64,000 bases of DNA, taken from NCBI GenBank assembly GCA_024704765.1, contig JAKMXF010000320.1, positions 62,001 through 126,000 of the forward strand, written 5' to 3'. This stretch comes from Oopsacas minuta (taxonomy: Eukaryota; Animalia; Porifera). This document shows positions 46,555 through 59,726 of the stretch, one piece after another. A model generated the notes under the pieces. That model did not search any database. It saw nothing but the letters and a program-made list of their open reading frames with translations, and was not told the DNA's origin. The first letter of the stretch is position 1; every line of letters starts with the position of its first letter. Position numbers and translations under genes: made by a program.

Positions 46555-46967
46555 TTCTATCATTGCAAGTTAATGAATTCTCAATACCTTACAAACTTGT
46601 ATTATTAGTCTGCATTTCTGTCCTATTAAAATTTGTATATAATTAATAATTATTTAATTATTTATTCATCTGAAAGCTAAATATACTATACAACAAAGTT
46701 AATTAGAATTTTTGGGAGGTTCCACCAATGGGATTATTATATATTACATATGCCACTTCCCTCATTCACAAGGGTTGCAGTGGTCCCAACTGGAACGGAC
46801 CGAATCGATGCAACACTACTACCGCTGATATATCTTATATTACAATTCGTTTCAACTCAGCCCCAGATTACCAGGACTATTCAGTATGTATTTTATTCAA
46901 TGTATTATACGTATAGCCTACAAAGGTTGGTGATGTAACTTTATTAGTTTAATTAATTGCACGATAA

Positions 46968-47450
46968 GGGGGTGCTGCATTAGGTCGAATTCGGTGTGTT
47001 GTGATAGATCGAATTTATTTTAGCTATGTTGTCGATAGATCGATATAGAAAATGGATTTATAGAAACGAGGACGTGATAGGATATTTTATTGTATTAATT
47101 ATAAACCCGTACCATTGAGAGGGGATTAGGGATTTTGTTCACTACCTTATCGGTCTGGGAGTTTTCACTTGTACTCGTTATAAGCTACCTAGAGACGGGG
47201 ATGTGGAGTCCATGTTAATTTTGTGTTTGGATGGACCTTTGTTGGATTAATTATTAGAAAAGTTTGCAAAATGGAGAATTGCTGAATTTTTTGCTTTTAA
47301 ACGTTTGTGCAGGTTTTTTAGAAATTTAAGGAAGCATTCAGTGTTTCTCAAAATATGAATTGGCCTTAAATATGAGATATTCATAGCTAATATATATTCG
47401 CTCTATCGACAACATAGCTAAAATAGAATTTGACCTAATGCAGGCGCCGC
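46968..47450. mobile_element. 483-bp TIR element with 8-bp TSD (MULE/Merlin-like, unassigned)
   Basis: Inverted ends sharing CTGCATTAGGTC(G/A)AATT and TATTTTAGCTATGTTGTCGATAGA; perfect TSD CACGATAA at 46960-46967 and 47451-47458. Confidence 0.8.
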
Positions 47451-47704
47451 CACGATAACAGTAGTATTAGAATAGTTTATCAGTTATCTCAGTATAATGA
47501 AGGAATTCGTATCTTGTATATAATCATTATTATATACTTACAAGACTCATGATGTCGGATTGTCCAATTCGAGATCATTTTGACGTAAAACATCAAATCT
47601 ACAAACGTATTAATTAAGAAGTGATTTAATGCTCGTTATCACTCCTCACATACAGTTTTTGTAAAATGTATTGTTTCGCAAAATTCTTATTTGAATATCA
47701 ATAA

Positions 47705-48910
47705 CACTGGGCAACATCAAATTTATTCCTCAAATGAAAATATATTACCTAGACTAACTTTGGGATGCTGATTCCAAATCTGAAATCAGAATTGGTCTAT
47801 CACGTCAGGATTTCAAGATATGAAAATTCACGAAATTCGGATTTTGAATTGATTGGCACTATATTATAAGGTACTATACAGTACAAGTTAGGCCTATTGT
47901 ACAATTTTCTTTCCCAGCGAATTGTTGGTCAACAATGCATATTATGTACGGTTAATATTAACATTATTTTGTAAATGTAATGTTCTAGCTTTTGACAATT
48001 AATGCATTCTTGAGTGTTCTTGGCCATGGCTATAAGGAGGGGTTATTTAGCCTACTTGCGGGTGGATTGTAGACTGTATCGATAAACCAACAACATTACT
48101 GTTTTGCAGAATTTTTAGTTTGTAACTGATTGTGTATTTAAGCTTTTTGTTTAAAATGAATACGAGCAGAAGACAATGCACGAACCACCCAGATAACTTC
48201 TGCTATATTTGTGGAAAATTTACGCCGAAGCCCCAGGGAAGAAATATTCCAATCGTGTCAAGATTGGCTACAAGTATTACTTTGGTTGCAAAGTTGGTGA
48301 CCAAGACAAGAACTGGGCACCTCACATCTGCTGTACCGTCTGCTATGCCAGTCTAATCCAATGGCTTAATGGAAAGAAGAAATCCATGCCATTTGCGGTA
48401 CCTATGATTTGGCGAGAACCTAAAAACCATACGTCGGATTGTTATTTTTGCACAACAAATATTGCTGGATTTTCGACCTCTATACCGTGATGGAATCGCG
48501 GTATAGAGGTCGATTTAACCCATACATGATGGGGGACTACTGCTGGTTTCTCCAGCGTGAAACTGACACTGAACATGCTCGAAAGAGCAAGTGTATAAAG
48601 CACTTTTGAGAGGATACAATGTTATTTTTGTCTGGTTTAATCATCCTGGGTTGTGTTAAACTGTGCAAAATGATAATTCTGTTGTTTTCACTAGCAATCA
48701 CTGTGTTTATTACATGTAATGTTTTGTTCTGCACAGCCAAAATTAGCCAAAATGACAATTACGGGTTGTTGTGTGCATATGTCATATCTCAAAAACGTGA
48801 CGTGTTAGAAAAAATCTAAGGCCAGATTTGGATTCAGCATGGCCATATTAGTCTAGGTAAACTTGAAACGAGCAAGGAATAAAAAATAAGTTGTAAAATG
48901 TTGTCCAGTG
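47705..48910 (+). mobile_element. Internally deleted Chapaev3-like (CMC superfamily) transposon
   Basis: TIR CACTGGGCAACA / TGTTGTCCAGTG; 3-bp TSD TAA at 47702-47704 and 48911-48913. Transposase N-terminus (ATG 48156, HPDNFCYICG, YFGCKVGDQDKNWAPHICC, WREPKNHTSDCYFC) is joined near 48480 directly to the C-terminus (MESRYRGRFNPYMMGDYCW). Confidence 0.8.
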
Positions 48911-48959
48911 TAATCAATACTCTAGGTCAGTATTTCTCAACCTTTGCGGCTTAGGATAA

Positions 48960-49254
48960 AATTTCTTGAATATTTAATTTAGATTTGGAAAAATAGACGT
49001 ATTTATCGCTATATTGAAATAAATCTTTGGGTTTCTAAGTAGAAAATTTCTTATAATTCTGTAATTTCAACCAACAATCTTAAGGCATATTAAAATAATC
49101 AAATATTGAAAAAATAATGGTTGGAGGAAGTGGCTATACGTATTGACTAAATAATCTCTGGTTAAAGAACATTTGAATTTGAAATTATAAATGGAAATGG
49201 GAGTTATCCGGAGATTCGCCGGCCTGACCTACCCCGCTTATAGAGGTTCTACTG
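48960..49254. mobile_element. Right-hand part of the 9727-10139 MITE family
   Basis: Homologous to about 9850-10139, ending CTTATAGAGGTTCTACTG-TA; start approximate. Confidence 0.75.
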
Positions 49255-51426
49255 TATCCTAATTTGTTGCCTAGTCAAATGTAGCACATATTTCATTAAA
49301 ACAATACTTCTATAGCGTGGTGATAAACTTTTTCACAAGTCTTGGAGAAAAAGTTCTAGCACCCGGCGCTTATTTAGGGAAATACGGTATATGTAATTAT
49401 TGGCATTAGGGTTTAGTTGTTCTTGACCTTTAGCACTTAGATATCCAGAGGCCCGACATTAAGAACCTTGAATCCATAAAACAAATATGTTTCATGTTAG
49501 TGACATTGGAGGCACACAAGTGTGCCGCGTCACACCGATTGAACACCACTCCTCTAGGTCTCTAGCTTCACACAGTTTAATATTTCGCACTAATAGCACG
49601 AAATATAGAAATATTAGTAATATGTAGCTATGGTTCAGGGGCAGGGTGTATTGTAGCTTAACCCAGCATTTAGCTGATAAGTGTGAAACAGATAACTTAT
49701 TGTACTTATTCTATACGTATATTGCGGAATACATGTGTTATACAACTTATCTTTACCATAATTATCTGTCTAGTAGGAAATATTTTATTTCACTATCAGT
49801 ATATGATCAATATTTTCACAAGGTTTGTTGTGATACATGTTGTATTACATGCGACTAAATATATTTGCAAGAAAAATTATATGTGAAGGTTAATATTTAC
49901 GTTCGTACAATTTTCACTTCCTATACAAGTAATCTAAAATATTAGTAACAGCTGATAGAGACGAAAATATTCTGCCCTTGAATTTACTATTGCATAATAA
50001 TTGTCTTTTCTGCATGCTTCAATACGAGTTTCTATTCCCAGTGGTTTACTGCAGATAAAATTTCCTGATTTTCTTCAATCTAGAAATTGTACGCATTAGT
50101 AGCTAGTATAGACCGCTCACTAATATCGCATTAGTATGAACAAAGCTAAGTAAATGGTATGTTTCTTGCCATTTTTGAAATCGCAGATTTATTCAAGTCA
50201 AGTTGAATTACCCTTCACTAATGTGTCTTGAAAAGTTTAGATGAAATATGTGTAGATACGTACCAAAATTAGAAAATGTTGTGAAACACAGGCCTATGGT
50301 TTGGCAAATATCGTTATCGGTTTATATTCTGATATCGATACGATAAATCGGAAAATTTCCGATACAATAGATACGGGAAGATATATCTAGAAATATAACA
50401 TAGTATACTAGTACTAGTACTATACACCTAGATATATAACATATATACTAGTGTTCCCAATGAAATCATCTCCATAGAATGTGTATTAAATAGATTTTCC
50501 TTATTATTAAATAAATATACAGTAGGACGTACTCCCTTGGGAAATAAAAAATTGTACGTATTAACCGAATTACGTCTTATCCTAATATTTTCCTATACAA
50601 TTAGTACAAATTGTTGATCCCTTTTTGAGAAAAGTACCTATTAAGCCGAGTACGTTATCCGAGTCCTATCGTAATTAAATAAATAAACCCATAGCATGCT
50701 ATTATAAACCATAATTGCATTCCCGACTATAATACTGTATTTACTGGAACCAAACCTCCCGATTTTTGGTCATTACGAGTTGGCAGCCCTGCGATTTAAT
50801 GTTTTATTGATTACAGGTTATCTATTTGCAGAATCCAATTTCCTCTTTTAAATGTTTGACATTCGTGAATGGATTCTATTTCAACGAATTCGATCCGCTT
50901 ACCTTGTAAACAACGAATCGTGAAGCAACTGAATAATCTAATGCTTTGTCTTTGCTATGGAAATCTATTATGAATATATTGGTGTTACAGTTATAAGCAT
51001 TTAAACATCTCTATTGAGTCTATTCAATCATCATTGAATCCCTCATGGATTGTATGATCATCCAAGATAGAACTATTCTGCTAATTATATCTTTATTAAT
51101 TAGAGATTAGAGGAGAGCTCCAGTTATCCCATCATAATATATACGTAGAATTTATCCTTATAAATTTAGGTATTTGTCATCTGTCCCTTTTCCGTGCAAG
51201 GGATATTATTCGTAGAAGCCAAATTGAAATATTGTGCATTGTTTCGCATCGCACAGAATTCCTACATGTTTTTCATGGGATCAAACCCAAGCCAACTCTG
51301 CTGCATTAATTGTTGAAGGCTTCTACTATGCTAATCTCTGCTCTGATACATTATTGAGAGTACATATGCATTTCAGCAACTCACTTGATCTTATTTGCAA
51401 TTTGTTTTATATTTTAGACAATTTCT

Positions 51427-54400
51427 ATGTATCGTATTTCTCCGAAAAAGAAATCCTCCGTCCATGGCTCAACCTCCAACAACCATCCTCCTGTCGCCCC
51501 CAAACCCAAACCTAAGCCCAGACGAATGAAGAGCAGCCAAATCTTCCAAGCAGGACTTCCAGATACAGAAGGGAAGTCTCTGGGCACACACGTCTGCTAC
51601 ATGAGACAGAAAGAGCTGTTGGATAAACAGCAACATTCTAACAACCATTCTTTGCCAGATTCCCGTGTCTCTCTCCCCTTATCGGCTGCTACTTCTGAGC
51701 TACCTGGAGAAACTGAAGATAGGTCATCTAACTCTCCCCCTCATGTAGCTCCTCCACCTCCTCCCTCCTCCACTATCCCCGACTGTCCTGACGACCCCAC
51801 CATCTCCTCTAATAGCCCAACTAACCACAATGATTCAAATGGCGAGCACACTATCTTAGATCAGCAAGGTATGATATTTATCAGCTCTTACGGTTAGTTA
51901 CGATCCTTCAGCTCATTAAACGGCGCTCCATTTAAGTTCCAGGAGCTAGAGTTGAAGCCCACTCAATTTTTGGAGGAGCGGCACACCTGAGCCCTGGATT
52001 GCAAACAAAATAAAAATTATCGCTATTCTGCCATAAAATTTCATATTATTGTAGAAAAAGTAGTTACTGGGACACTTTATCATAATAACATTTTGACTTT
52101 ACACAATTAGTAATATTCCTAAACTGCTATGATCCAATTCTGTACTGATTATCTATACGTAATACAAATCTGATGTACGTAATTACAATAATTGAGGAGC
52201 GCTTAATTAATTAATTAATTAATTAATAATTATTCTATAATGCTCTGCTATCCTCTATTATACTCACTGATTAATTAATTAACATTCCATGATTGTACAA
52301 GTTGTAATTGTCAATACATGTATACAGTTATTTGATATAATGTAAAATCGATGACGTGTTATTTATGGTCAGTAAGTGGCATGCTGCAATACAATCATAT
52401 CATACACTCCAAACTCAAAAGTAAATAAGATTTGTCAGCACTAGGCTAGTAATGAAATATATAGTAAAATGTACATTGCTGTAGTGGATATGATAATACG
52501 CCAATGTTTGATTATAATATGGATTAGACTAACACATAAATTTGGCTAAAATGATTAGTAAGAATAACCGGTGTACATAAATTCAAACAAGACAACACAA
52601 CATAGTATTACTTACTAGAACAAAAATTTGGTATAATCATGTCTTATAAGATATTCCGCTCAGGTCCTTTCACGCGCCAAAAGAGCTCAAAGAACCCTCC
52701 TCCCCCAATGAAGCGGGCAAAGAGTTTGATGAACAGAAGAAGTATTAACTCTCTTCTGTGTGTCCCCACTGTATCCCCTCCCATCGCTATTTCCGCCCCC
52801 CTCTTACAGACAGACTCTGTAGCAGAGAAGAGAGCCCTTTGGAGTAATAGTGGCTCTAGCACCAGAGACTCTATTTTCTCTACCAAGGATTCCATACAGA
52901 TAGACGAAGGCCTGGAGCCTCCACCTGACACCCCAGTTGAGAGGAAGAAGAAGATAGCCATGGAGCTGTTGGAGACAGAGGAGAGGTATGTGGAGAGGTT
53001 GGAGCTGCTGAATGTAAGATTCAGAGATGTTATTAATCGCGGTAACGAGCAGCAAGACAAGCCTGTACTGTCTGAGCTAGCTGTAAAACAGATATTCTCT
53101 AATGTGCATCAGATCCACCAGCTGAACATGACACTACTCGATCAGCTTAGAGACAGACTCAAGGACTGGGATGAAGAGCAACGACTAGGTGATATTATGA
53201 TACGAATAGCTCCGTTCCTGAAGCTATACTCTGACTACGTGGCTAACTTTGACGCAGCTAACTCAGTACTTAATGACTGTTTGAGCAAGGAGAAGAGGTT
53301 TGCTGCTCTTGTACAGGAGTTTGAGAAAGATCCTGTTTGTGAGAACCTCAAGATTTCTCACTTCATGCTGGAGCCTGTACAACGTCTTACTCGCTACAAG
53401 CTGCTCTTTGAGGATTATCTGAAGAGACTTCCTGAAGATGCTCTGGATAGGAAAGAAACAGAGAATGCTCTCAAGATTATATCTGAGGCAGCCAATCACG
53501 CTAATTCCAAGATTAAGAACATGGAAAACTTCAATGAGTTGCTTTGTATTCAGCGCTCCCTTACTGACTACTCAGGAGATTTGATACAGCCACATAGAGT
53601 ATTCATTAAGCGCGGGTCTCTTGGGAAAGTAAGCAGACGTAGTCTCCAGCAGAGAATGTTTTTCTTATTTTCTGACGTGCTATTACACACTCTACCTTTT
53701 GGCCTCTTCAATAAGGTACGTGATGAGATGGAGCTCTACTCCATGAGCATAGAAGAGCCAGTTATACAACCATTTCCTAACAGTTTTAATATTTTCTCCG
53801 TTAGTCGATCTCTCACAGTTTCTGCCTCTTCCGTAGAAGAAAAGGAGGATTGGATCAGAGCTCTGAGGAACGCTATAGGACGTATCAAGGAGAATAGAGA
53901 CTCCCGGAAGAAGTTTAGTTCCTCAGCTTCAACAGCTGGAGAAGGATCAATCTGTGAGGAGCCGGATGAGAAATTGAGCTTTGGTTTAAAAGCTCCTCTC
54001 TGGCTACAAGACAACTCTGTATCTATGTGTCAGGACTGTGCTGAGACCTTCAGTATGATGCGTCGTAGACATCACTGTAGAGGATGTGGTCAGATTATAT
54101 GTGCTGGTTGTTCTAAGCAAAGAGTATTCCTTCCGTATCTTAACCGAGAAGACAGGGTATGTAACCGATGTGTTGCTAGATATAAAGTTGCTGGAATGGT
54201 AGCAGACGAGAGACGGAGCTCAGAGCTGGATCCGATAGATCTGACTGAGTGTAACCTGGAGAAGTCTGTAGATAACACAGAAGATAAGGATTTAGCTGAT
54301 ACACTGGTAGATGATACCGTGTACCAAGGATATGTCAAGTTACGAGTGAAGTGGAATTTCGAGAAGAAATGGATGTTACTTAAGAGGGACTTCAATTTAT

Positions 54401-54648
54401 ACATATTCAATGCCCATGAAGATATCAAACCTACACACACCCTTGATCTACCAAGCTACTCTCTTACTACATCTGAGGATGAGAAGGATAAATTTAAATT
54501 TAAACTGAGCATGGAAGGTACACACTCTCCTGATAGTGTTAGCCCCAGAGATACGGTGGAAATACGACCTGATAATGAGGAGGAATATGATACTTGGTTT
54601 AGTTTAATCACAAAAGCTATCAATAGGGAACCTCATGCTAACTGTTAG
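51427..54648 (+). CDS. FGD-family Cdc42 GEF (DH-PH-FYVE-PH), two exons, 808 aa
   Basis: Exon 1 51427-51868 (Pro-rich; donor G|GTATGA) splices in phase 1 to exon 2 52664-54648 (CTCAG|GT). DH: ELLETEERYVERL, LEPVQRLTRYKLL. FYVE: WLQD, RRHHCRGCG, RVC. Second PH at the C-terminus. Further upstream exons cannot be excluded. Confidence 0.88.
52203..52225. repeat. (TTAA)n microsatellite in the FGD intron
   Basis: TTAATTAATTAATTAATTAATTA read directly. Confidence 0.8.
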
Positions 54649-54905
54649 ATTACATAATTATCCCTAACTCACTTGAACAATATCATAGCAACAGTTCACA
54701 GTCATTCAATTGTCGTACTTTTATTAAGTTTGAAAATCGTAACCATAGATATACAAATATCGTATCTCATCCGTTGGCAACAAATGATATGTTCTTTCTC
54801 TTTGAATTTTATGAAGATCATTTATTGTTCAGTTTATTTGTGTATAATTTGCTGAAAACTTTTGTAATTATTGTAATTTATTTTGTCATTTCTATTTAAT
54901 AATCA

Positions 54906-55351
54906 CGAGCCTTTGGCTCGTCGCTTAGCGATGAACTCGGCGCATTGCGCTTCGAGGTATCCATTATTCTCCAAATTGATGGCCCCTTTGAGTATTATAA
55001 TATAGATATATTTAGAACAATGCAATTCACAAATATACGTATATGGCATATATATTTTATTGAAATATTTTGTAAGATCAACTCCCTTTGTAGCCGTTTA
55101 GAGCAAGCCTGCACGTATATTTTGAGATTTGGTTTTACTCATAAAAACAACAATAAATTTACATATTATTAATCCAAATGTGTGATAATCGGATACAGCA
55201 TGTTCGATATATTTAGTGAAGTTTTATTGAATTCTTTTTACTTCCTTGATAAACACAATAAATACATAGTTATGCTACAATTTCAAAATTGCATATCTTA
55301 AATCCTTTCCTTGACAACAGACAGACAACAATTGAGATTTAATAATTTAGA
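54906..55351 (-). mobile_element. Non-autonomous Helitron-like element (446 bp), second subfamily
   Basis: Minus strand A|TCTAAATTATTAAATCTCAATTG...GCGACGAGCCAAAGGCTCG|T; middle section shared with 44210-44520 and 21538-21797. Confidence 0.78.
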
Positions 55352-57628
55352 TTTAAATTATTAATTTTCCTATGTCTTAACTGAAATTTGTGGAGAAATG
55401 AGAATTCAGTTTTGAGGTTGCTCAGATATGAAGGGTCTGCCTGCTAATACAGAGAAATCCTATCCTCTCGAGTGCAAATTTATATACTCCAATCGTACAT
55501 TTGTTGCCTCAAACCTCTACATCAAACGCTGGTACTATCAATATGGATATGCAGATTGTAGATGCTCTAAGTATAGTGATAAGAGCATTTGTGCAACAGA
55601 TTTTTGTTGGAAAGCACAATGAGTGGGAGTTTGAATAAATGGTGTGATATAACGTAGTGGCACTAATATAATAATCTGATTTAATAAGTATGATTGCTGA
55701 GCCGATTCAATCAGGTACAATTACCTTTTGGCACTGATAATTTTGCGACTAGCATATCAGTGGAGATAGTGGAAATCAGTAATTTGTATCAGGTAAGTAA
55801 GCATTGAGTAACACTTGTTAATACACAATTTCTATTATGATTGCAATTGATGTAGTGTGAAAGAAGGGAATTTATTGAATAGTATACTGGGACTCTTTGG
55901 TAATGAATAGTGGAATTTATCCTGAGAATTTGTGTGAATGGTTTATAAGTTACATGACCTGCGCCGCCTATTTAAGTGAGTGGGTTGTAAATAACCCATA
56001 CAATAGGAGGTGGGTGTCCGGACACCTACCCCTAGTTATTTATTATCGAATTGCTAAAAGTTTGATGCTGAACACGAACGAATATGGCCATAAAAGTTTA
56101 TCTGAAAGCAATTGAATTGAATTAGCTATACTATATTTTCAAAACTGGCAATTTTTACCTATAGCCTCCGGGTTTGAGGGATGTACAAAAAATCATTCTT
56201 CGCGGGGTTCGAGCTTGCAACTTTTATGATAATTGGGACCCAGGAGAAGACTCCTGTGTTAAATTTTTTGAGCTAACGTTCAATTAAATATATTGTTTCA
56301 ATCACCCGCTCGCATCGATTTCCTCATTATTTCATATTTCATTCATTATTTGACAATTTATCTAAAAAATTCCATTCGAACCTATTCCGCGTTATAATAA
56401 AACCTCTGAAAATAGTTTGGACAACTACAATTGAGGAATTTGTTTATTTTTACCTTGGCCGCTTTGTTTATAGGATAACACATGGGTTTCTTCCTTATGT
56501 AGATATTTCTAATTACCTTAATTATGTAACTTTTCATCCGAGAATATGCCAAATTCGAAATAATGAATAATGAACCGCTCGCCCGCATGCTATTTGGATT
56601 CCTCTATAATGGGAAACTATTTTTAAATTAGAGTGGCTAAAATTCCTTAACCTTAACTATCTAACTATTACATCTCTGTCACAACATATTAAAATAGACA
56701 CACCAAATATTTGTGTCATCTGCAACAACTGGAGAAGTACTTGGGTGTATCTATATTAAGAGGGTTCATGAAACATGAGAGAGGAATTCTTATCTATTTT
56801 GATTTAAATTATGACGACTAGACCTAACATACTTATATTGTTTGTATGTGGGTGTGACTCAAGGTTCAAATTTAATTTAATAAGGATAATAGCTGGAACA
56901 TGAGCTGTGAGTCTTCTCCATATTATGTTACATACTAAATGGGTGTGAGCTAGGTACAAATTCCTTCAAGGTACAGGTGTATCGGTGTGTTGCAATTATT
57001 AGAAACTTGTGTACAATGAACAAGTAATGTAACTAGAGAATCATTGAATACGATCCATAATATAATTAGATGCAATTAGTAAATTGGTAAATTGATATAG
57101 TCACTCTCAAATTTTAATCGAATGAGCTACTTTTCTATCTAATTATTATTGTATATCAAATATATTATTTTATATAAAATTAAATACTAATCGCAGTTGT
57201 TAATTAACACAGATTATGCGTAAAATATTAACAAAATGGAGGGGTTATCACTACTATAATAAATAAGATTGCTCGATAGGATTAGATTTCTCTAAATCAA
57301 TAATTAGAATTTCCCAATAATGCAAAATGGTAAGAAATATTAATTTTCAACCATGAATTAGAAGGGCAGAATAGTATTAAATTGCTAGATTGAATACATA
57401 ATATAGTTCAGACATCATGCTATTCGACTAATTGATATTATTTCAATAAATATCATATCTGTAAAAGTGTTTAATTAATAATAAATAATTACTAAATAAT
57501 ATATTCTATAATCACGATAAAGCGACGTATACTACTATACGTATATCTAGCCTGGACTAAATCATTTAATTGTTAAGCCTACCAACACGTAGCACATACA
57601 ACGAGGAAACATACGATGTTCATGTTGA

Positions 57629-57712
57629 CAATAACCTTCAGAAAGTGAACACCTTGGGGGCCAGCCAAAATGTTCACATATGAGAAGTGCTCATCTTTTG
57701 AAGGTTATACTG
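57629..57712. mobile_element. Short degraded pogo-type MITE
   Basis: ATAACCTTCAGAAAGTGAACAC / GTGCTCATCTTTTGAAGGTTATACTG-TA imperfect inverted ends. Confidence 0.5.
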
Positions 57713-57934
57713 TAACAATAAAATTCTTGTGTAACCGTTGTTTGCGCTAAATATAAAATAATGTAGGATCTTTAATCTACAGTCTCTTTATGTGTTGCTT
57801 AACTACTATTTACATAACACAGATAAAAAATTGAATTGCAACAAATCAGTACCATATTTGACTGTGTGATTAAGTATTCAATGATAATTAAACTTATAAA
57901 TTAAAATACCCAATAAACAAGAGAAAGATATTTA

Positions 57935-58534
57935 CTAATTCTTGTAAGCCGATTTCAAAAATAGTTTTAGTCTCCATGCATCTACAGCATTGAGATAGTA
58001 TCTATGCAGATACCTATCTTTTATAAATCCCATATTGCTGTAGAGTCTTAACGCACCCTTGTTTGTAACTTCTGCTTCAAGTATTACCTCCTCACAACCT
58101 AGCTCTATCATTTTCTGAATAGATTTATACACCAAAGTAGTACCAATACGTTGTTTCCTGAACTCTTCACGTACTGCTAACATAGCAATGTAACCTTTGC
58201 CAGTATCTACGTCATCTATTCGCATTTGTTCCAGCTGACAAACCACTGTACCTATAAGTTTACCTTCACAGCTAGCCATTATACACAGCTGAGGCCAGTT
58301 GTTAATGAAGTATCGGTATGTGTATATCGAGTACGGCTCTGACAGGTACTCTTGCATTAGTTGCATTATTCCTTCTAACTCTTCCTCTCCATGATACGAA
58401 TGATAAACAATCTCCTTTGATTGAACTATAGGATCGTTTGGAGGCTGTGTATTTGGTTGATCTTTACTGCTGCTATTCGTAGCCTCACTATTTTTAGAGT
58501 CTTCAATAAGGATATCTGAATTATTGATTGACAT
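57935..58534 (-). CDS. NAA30: N-alpha-acetyltransferase 30 (NatC catalytic subunit, Mak3), 199 aa, single exon
   Basis: LSEPYSIYTYRYFINNWPQLC, GYIAMLAV, EVILEAEVTNKGALRLY and LHRYYLNAVDAWRLKL; first ATG at 58534. Confidence 0.93.
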   Translation of the reverse strand: MSINNSDILIEDSKNSEATNSSSKDQPNTQPPNDPIVQSKEIVYHSYHGEEELEGIMQLMQEYLSEPYSIYTYRYFINNWPQLCIMASCEGKLIGTVVCQLEQMRIDDVDTGKGYIAMLAVREEFRKQRIGTTLVYKSIQKMIELGCEEVILEAEVTNKGALRLYSNMGFIKDRYLHRYYLNAVDAWRLKLFLKSAYKN

Positions 58535-58929
58535 TCTATGAAATACCAAGGATAAAGAGATTATTGCATAAATTCTGGAGAAAATTCAAAAATTTCTAAA
58601 CACGTAATCTCAAAGAGAACCATTCAACTACCATTTTTAAGTCAACTCATGCTGATTTAATAACTAGTGCATTCTATACACCAAGGCATGACACATGGCC
58701 TACTAAATACGACAATACATGCTGGCCGAATTATAATAAAAATGTCCAGCCGACAGACTGGTGGTGCAACTCAGGGTTATGTATTTTTGTTCTTTAAAGG
58801 GGGCATGCCCTCTACCCCCCGTGTAAATGCCGCAATTCACCGGACCCGATTGATTTTGGGCTCCTGGATCTGCTAAATATTTCAGGATATTCAATATCAT
58901 TCGTCTCCAAATGTTTTCCATGTTCTATC

Positions 58930-59374
58930 CCCAAATCCTATGGGTAAAATTCTGATTAATTATCTTACAATTATCTCCCCCCTCCCCCCCTGTCTAACTT
59001 TAGAAACGAAATCTCTAGCATCAATTTGAAATATATGCAAAAAGGTGTGAAAATATGATAAATATTGTAAATATAGATTTGAGAATGTCAAAAATTAAAT
59101 TGACATAGTCAATTACCTCTTACTAGCAGTTAAAACGAAACTTTAGCATGATTTTGAATAATATGCAAAAGGTGTGAGAATATAATTAATCACCAAAAAG
59201 GTGTGAAATTTTCAGTTTAGAAAAATTCATACCCGAAGTGCAAATCTCCGACCGAAAATGTTTAAGTATGCCAATTTCCATGTTAATTGGACTTCTAGAT
59301 TTCGCACGGCCCCGCGGACGGACATCACACATAGTCCATTCCATTAGGGCATCTTCCTATAGGAGCTGCACTAA
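58930..59374 (-). repeat. Dispersed repeat family B, inverted copy
   Basis: Ends TTAGGGCATCTTCCTATAGGAGCTGCACTAA (59344-59374), the reverse complement of the 20522 terminus, with shared internal sub-repeats; left boundary approximate. Confidence 0.7.
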
Positions 59375-59726
59375 AAATAAGATTCCAGTTCTATAAATTT
59401 CATAAAAGAAATGTAATACTCCAATGTTTTGCGAATTGAATCTTTTTAGGGTAGAAAAATCCAAGGAATCAATTTGGACTGGTTTAAAAGTTCAAAAGGT
59501 CAACCTTCATCTAATTTTGACACAATTTTGTGATGACGTTAGCATTTATATAATTCGCCTAGTTTCTAAACTTTTTTTGTAAATTGTTCAGTAAGCAATC
59601 TTGTGACGTCATTTGGTCCTGAAAATTTTGCAGATATTGATTATGTGTTTAGTTAAATATCACTACGTAATACATTTAGTCGGTATATCGCTTTCCCTGG
59701 TCCAAAATTTCAATGGACAATCATTG

